The notes beneath the pieces were generated by a model that had not been told where the DNA came from, ran no database searches, and saw only the letters and a program-made list of their open reading frames with translations. This document shows positions 10,451 to 18,492 of a stretch of 64,000 bases of DNA, one piece after another. The position numbers and the translations under genes are program-made. Position 1 is the stretch's first letter. Each line of letters begins with the position of its first letter. This DNA comes from a virus (Duplodnaviria > Heunggongvirae > Uroviricota > Caudoviricetes): positions 9,539-73,538 of the IMG/VR virus record IMGVR_UViG_3300035208_008116; one strand, written 5' to 3'.

Positions 10451-11080
10451 TTAGAACCCTGATTTAACTAATTTATATTCCATCCAAGCAGAAGACAGAA
10501 GGCGATTTTCCATTGTAATCTCTCCTTTCTTTTTTCTTCTCTCTTCTAAGGTATGCCAAATAATCTCTCCTTCCTTTTCTTCCCCTAATTTCTTGAAGAC
10601 AACCTCTCTTGCTTTTTTCCCTGGGATTAAACTGAAAGTGATAGTAGCCATGTTCCCTCCAACATCCTCAGCACTAACAAATAACACCTCTTCTCTTTGC
10701 GGATCTTCAGACGGTCTCATCCCCCCAGTTTTTATTAATTGGTCCCTCATAGTCTTTGGGGCCTCAGGATCAGCAGAGAAGGTGGAGGCCCAAGCCTCGC
10801 TAATTGTGACAAACATTAATACGGGAGGGAAGTGTTCTGTCGCCAGGACTCGAGCCGCAATTCGACAAAGCTCTCCTCTTTCTTCTCCACTCTTTGCTAC
10901 CTCAAGGGGTAGCCCCATTACCTCCATATCCCCCTTTTTATCAGGTTCAAGGATAGCAAAAAGTCTTGGAGGCATTTCTGCGCCTCCTTCAATTGTCTTA
11001 ACGGCTGCCTCGGTTAATTTCAAGAATGTGTCTTGGATGGCTTTAATCGGGGTTAAGGTTTTTTTTGTTTTTAGCTTCAT
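10451..11080 (-). CDS. hypothetical protein
   Basis: 209-aa ORF. Confidence 0.3.
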   Translation of the reverse strand: MKLKTKKTLTPIKAIQDTFLKLTEAAVKTIEGGAEMPPRLFAILEPDKKGDMEVMGLPLEVAKSGEERGELCRIAARVLATEHFPPVLMFVTISEAWASTFSADPEAPKTMRDQLIKTGGMRPSEDPQREEVLFVSAEDVGGNMATITFSLIPGKKAREVVFKKLGEEKEGEIIWHTLEERRKKKGEITMENRLLSSAWMEYKLVKSGF

Positions 11081-12074
11081 TGTTATTTATTTGGATTCTA
11101 ATTTGTTCTGTCAATTCGGGATTCTTCTTCAACGCATTCTTGGCATTCTCTCGACCTACTCCAAGTTTTTCCCCATCGTAAGTATAAGTGTTACCAGTCT
11201 TAGTGATCACTCCGATCTTCTCACCATAGTCGAGGGTGTCTCCCTCTAGGTCTATCCCTGTCCCATAGTAGAGGTCGATAGTCCCGGTCTTAAATGGGAA
11301 GGCACACTTATTCTTTACTGCGGTAATCTTAAGGGTGGAACCAATGACCTCATCTTTTGAATCCTTAATCTTATCCACAGTGGCTACACTTAACCGGACT
11401 GAGGCATAGAATTTCAGGGCTTTGCCACCGCTAGAGGTCTCCTTAGGGCCGTAGATGACTCCTACTTTGCTTCTAGTCTGGTTGATGAAGATAACCGAAG
11501 TCTTTGATCTGGCAACGGGCCCAGTGATGATTCTGAGGGCTTTAGAGAGGAGTCTGGCCTGTACTGCATAGGTATCCTTAAGCATACTCTTGGAGTCTTC
11601 CTCCATTTCACTTTTAGGAACAAGGCTGGCAACCGAGTCAACAATAATTAAATCTACTTCATTTGTTTCCGCCAATGTTCTAATAACATCAAAGGCACTT
11701 TCAAGGGTCTCATTTTGAGAGATAATAACTTTAGAAGTATCTACCCCAATCTTCTTGGCGTAATCAGAATCGTAGGCATTCTCAGCGTCAATGTAAGCAA
11801 CAGTGCCTCCGGCCTTTTGAACCTGAGCCGCGAAGAAAAGTGAGATGGTACTTTTCCCCTGACTTGGTTCCCCATAGAGTTCAAGAAGTCTTCCCACCGG
11901 GATACCCCCCCCAAGAAGATTATCAATCGCATAACTTCCTGTAGGGATCATCTCAGTCTTTCCAATAACCTCTTCTTCTGTAATGACAATACTTTCTCCA
12001 TACTTTTTACGGAGATCTGACATCGCGTCCTTAAGTGTAGGTGTTTCGTCTTTTTTCATATTACTTATTTCCAA
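11043..12074 (-). CDS. recA: RecA recombinase
   Basis: GGGIPVGRLLELYGEPSQGKSTI Walker A, AYIDAENAYD, IIVDSVASLVPKSEMEED loop region. Confidence 0.85.
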   Translation of the reverse strand: MEISNMKKDETPTLKDAMSDLRKKYGESIVITEEEVIGKTEMIPTGSYAIDNLLGGGIPVGRLLELYGEPSQGKSTISLFFAAQVQKAGGTVAYIDAENAYDSDYAKKIGVDTSKVIISQNETLESAFDVIRTLAETNEVDLIIVDSVASLVPKSEMEEDSKSMLKDTYAVQARLLSKALRIITGPVARSKTSVIFINQTRSKVGVIYGPKETSSGGKALKFYASVRLSVATVDKIKDSKDEVIGSTLKITAVKNKCAFPFKTGTIDLYYGTGIDLEGDTLDYGEKIGVITKTGNTYTYDGEKLGVGRENAKNALKKNPELTEQIRIQINNNEAKNKKNLNPD

Positions 12075-12822
12075 AGATAACTAACCTCCAAGGACGAAGA
12101 ATTGATTCCCGAAACGCTTCGTCCCAGGCAAACCTCATTCTCAACTCTTCACTCCACACACAAGTTGTATCTGGATCATAGGCTCGAATATATTCACAGG
12201 GTGACATATACCCTTGACACCCAGAGCTTGAGACCGCTGTAACGGGAGCTGTGGACGGAATAATAATTGGTGGTTCTGGTTCAACTGGGGGTAATTCGTC
12301 AATAATACAAGCATCACCCTCTAAATGATAACCTTCCTCGCAAGTGATAGGGATAATTTCAGGAACGCAAGTATCTTCCTCAAGAACAAAACCTTCTTCG
12401 CAAACGACTGGCGGAACAACAACATCAACACAAGTTTCACCCTCAAGGATTTGACCCTCTGGGCAAACAATCGGGTCTGGGATAACTGGGCAAGCCTCAA
12501 TAGTAAATGTCTTGGTGTCTTGAGCCACAACAACCCAGCCCAAGATTAAGCGTCTGACTTGAGCCTTAACGGTATGAGTGCCGACCGGCAAGGTGAAAGT
12601 GCCAGCATTCCAGTTTGAGTGATCGTGATGGCGATTATAAACAACCACATCGTCCAAATACACCCGAACCTTACGCAATGGCTGGAGATAAGTGGCGGTG
12701 CCAGTAATGGTTACATTTTGCTCGCCACAACCAACCGAGATTGGATTAATGGCAATATTGTCCGAGCTAGCGAACGAGAATAAGGGAGCTAAGAGAGCTA
12801 GAGCCAATAGGTATTTTTTCAT
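12061..12822 (-). CDS. secreted Cys-rich repeat protein (signal peptide + 3x CxEGxxLExxxC repeats)
   Basis: MKKYLLALALLAPLFSFASS signal; CPEGQILEGETC/CEEGFVLEEDTC/CEEGYHLEGDAC. Confidence 0.5.
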   Translation of the reverse strand: MKKYLLALALLAPLFSFASSDNIAINPISVGCGEQNVTITGTATYLQPLRKVRVYLDDVVVYNRHHDHSNWNAGTFTLPVGTHTVKAQVRRLILGWVVVAQDTKTFTIEACPVIPDPIVCPEGQILEGETCVDVVVPPVVCEEGFVLEEDTCVPEIIPITCEEGYHLEGDACIIDELPPVEPEPPIIIPSTAPVTAVSSSGCQGYMSPCEYIRAYDPDTTCVWSEELRMRFAWDEAFRESILRPWRLVIFGNK

Positions 12823-12823
12823 A

Positions 12824-12910
12824 TTATTTTAATTGACCTGTTAATAATGCTACTAATAAAACTAAATAAATAATTGGTGAAATTAGGATGGTGAAGATAA
12901 TGGGTTTCAT
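12824..12910 (-). CDS. tiny hydrophobic peptide MKPIIFTILISPIIYLVLLVALLTGQLK
   Basis: ATGA start/stop overlap with upstream peptide gene; single TM helix. Confidence 0.3.
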   Translation of the reverse strand: MKPIIFTILISPIIYLVLLVALLTGQLK

Positions 12911-13008
12911 TTGTTTTTAGCTAATAAAACTCCAAAAAGAAATGCTATCAACGTTGCAACAATTACTGGTCCGACATCTTGGGTTGTAAAAAGGCATATT
13001 GGTTTCAT
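12907..13008 (-). CDS. tiny hydrophobic peptide MKPICLFTTQDVGPVIVATLIAFLFGVLLAKNK (paralog of next)
   Basis: both start MKPI; TM helix. Confidence 0.3.
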   Translation of the reverse strand: MKPICLFTTQDVGPVIVATLIAFLFGVLLAKNK

Positions 13009-13016
13009 ATTAATGT

Positions 13017-13090
13017 AACGACTGATTTACTATTTCTAAAACTGATTTACTATTTCTAAAACTTTAAACGACTGAGTTACTATTTCTAAA
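13017..13090. repeat. tandem 20-bp direct repeat x3 (ACTGATTTACTATTTCTAAA)
   Basis: two perfect adjacent copies 13021-13060 plus third copy with one change 13071-13090, each preceded by AACG. Confidence 0.8.
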
Positions 13091-13266
13091 ACTCTATCTG
13101 CCCATTCTCTATCTTGGTCTTTTTGTGCTTCGGTCAAAGTGTCATAGGGTAGCCATAATTTCTGCCATCGTTCTAATCTGGCAGGGGTGATATTCTCGGT
13201 CTTGGCAATATCTTGACTCCAAGCCATCCATTGATTATGTTCTAATTCAGCTAGTTTTTCTCTCAT
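13036..13266 (-). CDS. hypothetical protein (3' end runs into tandem repeat; true stop uncertain)
   Basis: 76-aa ORF. Confidence 0.3.
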   Translation of the reverse strand: MREKLAELEHNQWMAWSQDIAKTENITPARLERWQKLWLPYDTLTEAQKDQDREWADRVLEIVTQSFKVLEIVNQF

Positions 13267-13289
13267 AGTTGTTTTGTTAATTTAATAAT

Positions 13290-13637
13290 CTAACCAATTG
13301 ATAATATCATTTTTTCTTTCCAACAAGGGCATCGATATGAGTGGCCATCCCATTCCCCCGTAACATTATTTTTACATTCTAGTGCTGGTTTTAATTTTTT
13401 CCCACACATTGAGCAATGATAGGGATCCATCTTTTTTAACTTGTCACCAAAAGATTTTATTAGAGCAAGACTGTGCGCGTAACCATTAGATTCATCGTCA
13501 CGACCTTCTTTTAAGGCTCGTTTATATTCCTTAAAAATTAAGGTTGTCAATTCATCCAAATATTCTTCTGGGGATTTTTCTTCCGGGGCAATCCAAGCAC
13601 TAGGGCAAGAGGATGATGATTGTGTTTGTTTTTTCAT
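13290..13637 (-). CDS. hypothetical Cys-rich protein
   Basis: CSMCGKK...C..CPCW motifs; preceded by junction motif. Confidence 0.35.
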   Translation of the reverse strand: MKKQTQSSSSCPSAWIAPEEKSPEEYLDELTTLIFKEYKRALKEGRDDESNGYAHSLALIKSFGDKLKKMDPYHCSMCGKKLKPALECKNNVTGEWDGHSYRCPCWKEKMILSIG

Positions 13638-13660
13638 CTTATTATTTGTTAGGGGTTAAC
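13638..13660 (-). promoter_or_regulatory. junction motif copy 1 (TTAACCCCTAACAAATAATAAGATG)
   Basis: immediately 5' of start codon 13637. Confidence 0.5.
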
Positions 13661-13733
13661 ATTTTAATTCTCCTCTCCATCCCATAATTACCATATGTTT
13701 AAAGTAGAACCAGAATGTTTTTAAATAAATCAT

Positions 13734-13757
13734 CTCTTTATTTGTTAGGGGTTAATA
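13734..13757 (-). promoter_or_regulatory. junction motif copy 2 (overlaps stop of 13752..13988; followed by ATG of a 24-codon ORF)
   Basis: TTAACCCCTAACAAATAAAGAGATG. Confidence 0.5.
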
Positions 13758-13988
13758 ATTAAACTGCCAAAGTTTTTTCTCAGGTATTTTACAAGTCATT
13801 CTGTAATCACTTCCATCATCGCTCAAGGAGAAGTCATTTACACTATATTCTCCACCAGCGTTTCTACATTCTTTCATTTTGTCTTCTGGGAGAATTTTTG
13901 GAGTTGGTTGAAAAAATGTGAAGATACCACCGAGAATGATAAGTCCTATAGATAATCCTGCTAAAAAATATTGTGTGTTTGTTTTCAT
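13752..13988 (-). CDS. small membrane-anchored/secreted protein
   Basis: N-terminal TM helix; junction motif upstream. Confidence 0.35.
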   Translation of the reverse strand: MKTNTQYFLAGLSIGLIILGGIFTFFQPTPKILPEDKMKECRNAGGEYSVNDFSLSDDGSDYRMTCKIPEKKLWQFNY

Positions 13989-14010
13989 CTCTTTACTTGT
14001 TAGGGGTTAA
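13989..14010 (-). promoter_or_regulatory. junction motif copy 3
   Basis: covers stop of 14000..14353 and abuts ATG 13988. Confidence 0.5.
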
Positions 14011-14353
14011 GTGTGGAAGATAAATACTTCTTAAATATAAACATCGGCATTTTCATTTCTTCCATTGAAGAAGATTTTATATATTGGCGATATTCTTCCC
14101 ACGCTTTTTCAAACCATGGAGCGTTTCTGTATTTGGGTATAAATGTTCTATCTAGTGCTTCACAAACCATTGATGGTAAATCGTTATAGAAATCCTTATT
14201 GTATTTTACTGGGTCAGAGGTTTCATCAATAAACTCCTGTGGCGTCCCGAGAATAATGAACTTCGGTCTTTTGTCCGACATTAAACTTTCTGGTATCTCG
14301 TTACCAATATAAAGTATCTTTTCTTGAATCGCTTGTTCTATTGTTTTCTTCAT
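14000..14353 (-). CDS. hypothetical protein
   Basis: 117 aa, ends LNP* inside junction motif. Confidence 0.35.
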   Translation of the reverse strand: MKKTIEQAIQEKILYIGNEIPESLMSDKRPKFIILGTPQEFIDETSDPVKYNKDFYNDLPSMVCEALDRTFIPKYRNAPWFEKAWEEYRQYIKSSSMEEMKMPMFIFKKYLSSTLNP

Positions 14354-14359
14354 ATATGT

Positions 14360-14548
14360 TTACTTCTTAATGTCTAATAATTTAGATTTTCTAACTCTAT
14401 CGCGAATTTTATCCTGCTGGCTTTGGCTTAGGTGAGAGCAACCGATATGGCGGACACACCATTTGTGCTTATGTCTTTCAAAGTAGCCTTCGTTTGGTCC
14501 TACCCATTCTTCACATAAAATACATTTTCCACCAAATTTGTTTCTCAT
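14360..14548 (-). CDS. small zinc-binding protein
   Basis: CILCEEW...H..C..H; junction motif immediately upstream. Confidence 0.35.
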   Translation of the reverse strand: MRNKFGGKCILCEEWVGPNEGYFERHKHKWCVRHIGCSHLSQSQQDKIRDRVRKSKLLDIKK

Positions 14549-14570
14549 CTTTACTTGTTAGGGGTTAATA
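14549..14570 (-). promoter_or_regulatory. junction motif copy 4
   Basis: covers LTPNK* end of paralog A and abuts ATG 14548. Confidence 0.5.
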
Positions 14571-14820
14571 ATTCAAGGACAAAATTTTTAAACTCTTGAG
14601 AATTTTCGCACAAGTCTGGGGTATATTCATCCACTTTCTCCCTCAAATCCGTATAGATATACTCCACAAGAGAGGGGAGAGAGGCGTGGACTTCGGCAAG
14701 CATTTTATTAGCTCCCTTTATTTCATTTCTAATATCTCTTACAACTTCCTTGTCTCCCCAGCCTAGCATTTCACTAGCTAGTCTCTCCCTCGGCAATAGT
14801 TTTTTTAGGTCTTCAATCAT
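14551..14820 (-). CDS. hypothetical protein, paralog A (MIEDLKKLLPR...LLTPNK)
   Basis: start moved to ATG 14820 (ORF-track TTG 14829); ~60% identical to 14982..15254. Confidence 0.45.
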   Translation of the reverse strand: MIEDLKKLLPRERLASEMLGWGDKEVVRDIRNEIKGANKMLAEVHASLPSLVEYIYTDLREKVDEYTPDLCENSQEFKNFVLELLTPNK

Positions 14821-14975
14821 AATTAGCAAGTACTTATTGGATAATTAGGGTAAAAAGGTTGTTGGGGTGATGTTGGGTGGTTGGGTGGAATATAGGGAAC
14901 AGGATTATTCTGATGAATATAAATGTGGATTTCCACAATTTGTTTTTCTTCTTTTTTTGTTGTTTTATTTTTCAT

Positions 14976-15000
14976 ATCTATTTATTTGTTAGGGGTTAAT
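14976..15000 (-). promoter_or_regulatory. junction motif copy 5
   Basis: covers LTPNK* end of paralog B; followed by ATG 14975 of a 44-codon low-complexity ORF. Confidence 0.5.
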
Positions 15001-15254
15001 AATTCCTCAATATCTTTTATCCTGACAAATACCCCGTCATCTTCTCTCCCTTTTTCCATCTTAATATAAAGTATATTCAATTTTTTAACATTCTCCCTCA
15101 AATCCGCATAGATATACTCCACCAAAGAGGGGAGGGAGGCGTGGACTTCGGCCAAGGCTTTGTTGTAGCCTTCTTGGGCTCTTATTGTCCACCAATTATT
15201 ATTGTGTTCTGCTTCTTTCTTCCTTGGCAATAGTTTTTTTAGGTCTTCAATCAT
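14982..15254 (-). CDS. hypothetical protein, paralog B
   Basis: shares MIEDLKKLLPR, LAEVHASLPSLVEYIY, ELLTPNK with paralog A. Confidence 0.45.
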   Translation of the reverse strand: MIEDLKKLLPRKKEAEHNNNWWTIRAQEGYNKALAEVHASLPSLVEYIYADLRENVKKLNILYIKMEKGREDDGVFVRIKDIEELLTPNK

Positions 15255-15466
15255 AATTTATTTTTTAATTTTGATAAAAATTCCTCGGCAATTTTAAGTA
15301 GGTCAGCTTCTTCAATTCTTAGTGGTCGCATTTTTTCTTCTAGGTCGTGGAGTCGGTGATAGAGATTTGTCATTGTGGTTTCACCATATTTTATTCTGTC
15401 TAAGATGATATCTCTTTTACTTAGAGGAATGTTCGCATATTTCCTAAAAAATTCTTCAATCTTCAT
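15251..15466 (-). CDS. hypothetical protein
   Basis: 71 aa, ATGA overlap with downstream gene. Confidence 0.35.
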   Translation of the reverse strand: MKIEEFFRKYANIPLSKRDIILDRIKYGETTMTNLYHRLHDLEEKMRPLRIEEADLLKIAEEFLSKLKNKL

Positions 15467-15497
15467 ATATTATTTCCTGCCTTTTTAGGGGAGGGGG

Positions 15498-15638
15498 TTA
15501 GAAAGCTAGTTCTTTTAATTTCTCAACAAACTCTTTGTATCCCATATCGATATGTGCAATGGTGTCTCCATCTTCATTGGAGGGGAAAATTGTGTTCAAA
15601 ATCTCAGCTAATAATTTTTCTTTGCCTAGAGTTTCCAT
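15498..15638 (-). CDS. hypothetical small protein (46 aa)
   Basis: ATG-initiated ORF filling gap between genes. Confidence 0.25.
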   Translation of the reverse strand: METLGKEKLLAEILNTIFPSNEDGDTIAHIDMGYKEFVEKLKELAF

Positions 15639-15642
15639 ATTT

Positions 15643-16032
15643 TTATTTCTTGAACATCAGTTCTGCTGAATCAGTGATATTTTTCATTAATTTATGAAGA
15701 GGGCCCTTAATGAAATAATCCCTGATTTCCCTTAAGGCTGGAACGACTTCTTCAAGGGACTTACACTCCCTCCACCCCCTCCTTAAACAAGTTTGATAAA
15801 AATCTTCAATGGCATCTTCTGGAGAGCGATGGAAAGTCCGATTTCCACTAGGATAACCTCTACTATATTCACACCCAGAAGGGGGGCAAGTGGTTAGAAT
15901 ATACTGATAAGGATCACAAGAAATAACAGCCCCCGTCTTCCCCCGATAGGGGATACGAATACCTTTGGATTCTCCCTCTTCGAGAGACCCTTCCTCTTCA
16001 ATATCCTTAATTTTTACTATTTTTGTTTTCAT
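15643..16032 (-). CDS. hypothetical protein
   Basis: 129-aa ORF. Confidence 0.35.
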   Translation of the reverse strand: MKTKIVKIKDIEEEGSLEEGESKGIRIPYRGKTGAVISCDPYQYILTTCPPSGCEYSRGYPSGNRTFHRSPEDAIEDFYQTCLRRGWRECKSLEEVVPALREIRDYFIKGPLHKLMKNITDSAELMFKK

Positions 16033-16180
16033 TTTTCCATGGTGGAGCGTAGTTGCTCTTGATTAACCCACTAGCCATTAAACTTTGGCACTTTAAGCAA
16101 TAGATACACATATGTCCCTGCTTATTTTTTTTACAATATCGGCAGAGCTCATCCTCGTTAGATGATTTCTTGGTAGTCAT
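16007..16180 (-). CDS. small zinc-ribbon protein (MTTKK...CRYC...CIYCLKC)
   Basis: in-frame Met of ORF 16007..16417, which otherwise overlaps fic out of frame. Confidence 0.25.
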   Translation of the reverse strand: MTTKKSSNEDELCRYCKKNKQGHMCIYCLKCQSLMASGLIKSNYAPPWKNENKNSKN

Positions 16181-16727
16181 CGTGCTTACTTGTTCTAAAC
16201 CACTGATAATATTCAATCTGTTCTTCCCCCTCATGAATAATATGCAGGGGGAGGCCCAAGAGCAGACGATGAATGTTGTAGAGAATTCTTCCCACTCGTC
16301 CATTCCCATCCTCAAAAGGGTGGAGAGATTCGAAGAGAATATGGAGAGTCGAAGAAAGATTTGATTTTGATAATGGGTCCATTTTTTCAATCTCAACAGC
16401 AGTCTCGATCGCATCAATGGAATCAGTCGCCCATTCTTTTAGCTGAGCCCTTAGAAGATTCCCATCAATAAAAATCTTTCGATGGCCTCCAATAAAAACA
16501 TCACAGTCTCTTAATTTTCCGGCAATTCGAGGGTTAAGATGCCCCATCAGTTTTTTGTGGATAGTTAAAATATATTCAACTTTCTTCCCCATCCGCTCAC
16601 GATTTTTGTAAGCATATTCCCAAGCCTCTTCGGCGTCAGCTAAAGCCTCGGCACCATAAACTCCCTCAATCGCATTTGATTCCATTAAAAATGAAGTAAC
16701 ATCTGATTGTTTTAATTTTTTTGACAT
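16158..16727 (-). CDS. Fic-domain protein (AMPylase family)
   Basis: canonical Fic motif HPFEDGNGRVGR. Confidence 0.7.
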   Translation of the reverse strand: MSKKLKQSDVTSFLMESNAIEGVYGAEALADAEEAWEYAYKNRERMGKKVEYILTIHKKLMGHLNPRIAGKLRDCDVFIGGHRKIFIDGNLLRAQLKEWATDSIDAIETAVEIEKMDPLSKSNLSSTLHILFESLHPFEDGNGRVGRILYNIHRLLLGLPLHIIHEGEEQIEYYQWFRTSKHDDYQEII

Positions 16728-16730
16728 GAC

Positions 16731-16961
16731 TTAAATATAATTGCCTTTTAATACCTCAAGTAAGTTTCTTAAAAATTTTTTACCATTATCCCCATCCTGC
16801 TTAATCACTTTTGTATTAACTTCTACCCACTCTTCCTCACCAACAAGAAAAGGATGTTCTCCTATTAACCCCTCATTAAAATTAACACAATAATAAGGAT
16901 TGGCTAATATCCTTCCCAGGTCTTCGATTGTTAATGGTTGGTCTCCTTTTAATTTTTTCAT
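16731..16961 (-). CDS. hypothetical protein (leaderless; start at ATG 16961, not ORF-track GTG 16976)
   Basis: TATAAT box 16968-16973 lies 6 nt upstream of ATG. Confidence 0.4.
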   Translation of the reverse strand: MKKLKGDQPLTIEDLGRILANPYYCVNFNEGLIGEHPFLVGEEEWVEVNTKVIKQDGDNGKKFLRNLLEVLKGNYI

Positions 16962-16967
16962 AGTTCT

Positions 16968-17015
16968 ATTATACACCCATCATCATTACTTGGCAAGTAA
17001 CAACCTGTGGATAAC
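16968..17015 (-). promoter_or_regulatory. class-I promoter P1: TTATCCACA box, -35 TTGCCA, 17-bp spacer, extended -10 TGTATAAT
   Basis: rc of 17007-17015 = TTATCCACA; 16991-16996 = TTGCCA rc; 16968-16973 = TATAAT rc. Confidence 0.65.
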
Positions 17016-17231
17016 TTAATCCAGGTCAAAACTAATAATTCTCGCTGCTAACTGAGCTCGCTTTTTCCAATCTGTTTCAAAAGATAATTGACTCCTCAAA
17101 TCGTTCTTCTGGATCTCCCCATAAACGTTCTCGAGAGGAAGAGGCTTTTTCATCATAATTACGGCCTCATCAATCTTTTCTTGGGGGACATCGAGTTCCT
17201 CTAAAGTTTTTCGAATTAATTCTTCGTCCAT
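17016..17231 (-). CDS. hypothetical protein
   Basis: 71-aa ORF. Confidence 0.3.
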   Translation of the reverse strand: MDEELIRKTLEELDVPQEKIDEAVIMMKKPLPLENVYGEIQKNDLRSQLSFETDWKKRAQLAARIISFDLD

Positions 17232-17383
17232 GTTATTTATTTCTCATGAATTTGATAACAATACCGTAAGTCAAGAAATAATAAGTTCTTTCATATCTCC
17301 AGTCACAATATTCGGATGAACAATTGTGACTAAAGTAATAAGGAAATTTTTTTCCGACTCTTTTAAATATTTTTATTTCCATC

Positions 17384-18022
17384 TTATTTTATAGCTTCTA
17401 CCCAAATCATCTCACTTCTTTGGACAGTATCTTTTGGGTGCTTGGCGGTCTGAGATGGTGGATGTTGGGGGCTATACATCGGATAAATTACCATCTTGAT
17501 TTTATCGACCTTAAAACCAGCGTGAAAAAGAAGGCGTCCGAGGAAGTCAGGGTTAAAAGGAATATTGTGAAATTCTCCTTCATGGGCCTGATTGCCATAG
17601 ATTACCTCCATCCAATCTTTATAAACTTTCAAATTAAACTTATTTCCTTTGATATTGGTAGCCCAATATTCTGCAATCTGGTCAAAATTTGTAGTCATTA
17701 AACATAATTTTCCTCCAGGTTTAAGGACTCGGTACATCTCATGGAGGACTTTCTCAATGTTAAAGAAGCCCACGTGCTCGATAGCGTCAAAGGATTCAAT
17801 GTAGTCGGCGTAATTATCCTTAAAGGGGAGGGCGGACATGTCAGCTTTGACAAACTTTGACCCCTTATCGATAACTGCCTGAGCGTAAACTCCCTTTTTA
17901 GACTTTAGACCATCAAGGTCAACATACTTGTCGACGTTAATAAAATTTTTTACCAAATGCACGCCACACCCCAAATTTAATTTAATTTTTTTTTTCATTT
18001 TTTTTATTATTAATGTATTCAA
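17384..18022 (-). CDS. class I SAM-dependent methyltransferase
   Basis: LNLGCGVH, DAIEHV, VLKPGGKLCL motifs. Confidence 0.55.
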   Translation of the reverse strand: MNTLIIKKMKKKIKLNLGCGVHLVKNFINVDKYVDLDGLKSKKGVYAQAVIDKGSKFVKADMSALPFKDNYADYIESFDAIEHVGFFNIEKVLHEMYRVLKPGGKLCLMTTNFDQIAEYWATNIKGNKFNLKVYKDWMEVIYGNQAHEGEFHNIPFNPDFLGRLLFHAGFKVDKIKMVIYPMYSPQHPPSQTAKHPKDTVQRSEMIWVEAIK

Positions 18023-18407
18023 GGGTTACTTGTTTTAATCCTCCCCCTTTATCTATTAAGATTTGATGGACTAACTTATGACAAGATTGACAGAGGGGGA
18101 CAAGATCTTGAGGTCTTTCCCTCCCCACCTTTTTGTACGTTAGGTGGTGAAGTTGGATTCTTCTCTTTGCTCCACAGGCACTGCAAATTCTTTCCCTCTC
18201 CCGATAATAATCAATTTTTACTTTTTTCCAATGATCACTTTCCAGATATTTCTGATAAACTTTCTTACTTTTAAATACCTTAAGGCTGCCGCTTACTTTT
18301 CTAGGCTTGGCTCTTGGAACCTTTTTTTTGATCTCATTTAATCGACCTTCTTTCAAAAATCTTCTCCAAGTAAGCTTTGTTTTCTTTTTTGCTTTGTGCG
18401 TTGCCAT
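17982..18407 (-). CDS. HNH endonuclease
   Basis: CSACG...HHL...LCQSCHKLVH HNH motif. Confidence 0.6.
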   Translation of the reverse strand: MATHKAKKKTKLTWRRFLKEGRLNEIKKKVPRAKPRKVSGSLKVFKSKKVYQKYLESDHWKKVKIDYYRERERICSACGAKRRIQLHHLTYKKVGRERPQDLVPLCQSCHKLVHQILIDKGGGLKQVTLEYINNKKNEKKN

Positions 18408-18492
18408 GTTGGATATTTAAACCCTCGTGAGGCCTGCTTAGCCCTTCGTGGTGAGGTTTTTATCTCAGATTAGTCCTACCCTACCACTCCAC

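Noticed and set aside
13638-15000. Possibility that the junction motif is an integron attC site (GTTAGGG resembles the GTTRRRY core)
   Set aside because: The last core position is G, not a pyrimidine. There is no extended imperfect palindrome with extrahelical bases, and no integrase gene is present; the resemblance is superficial.
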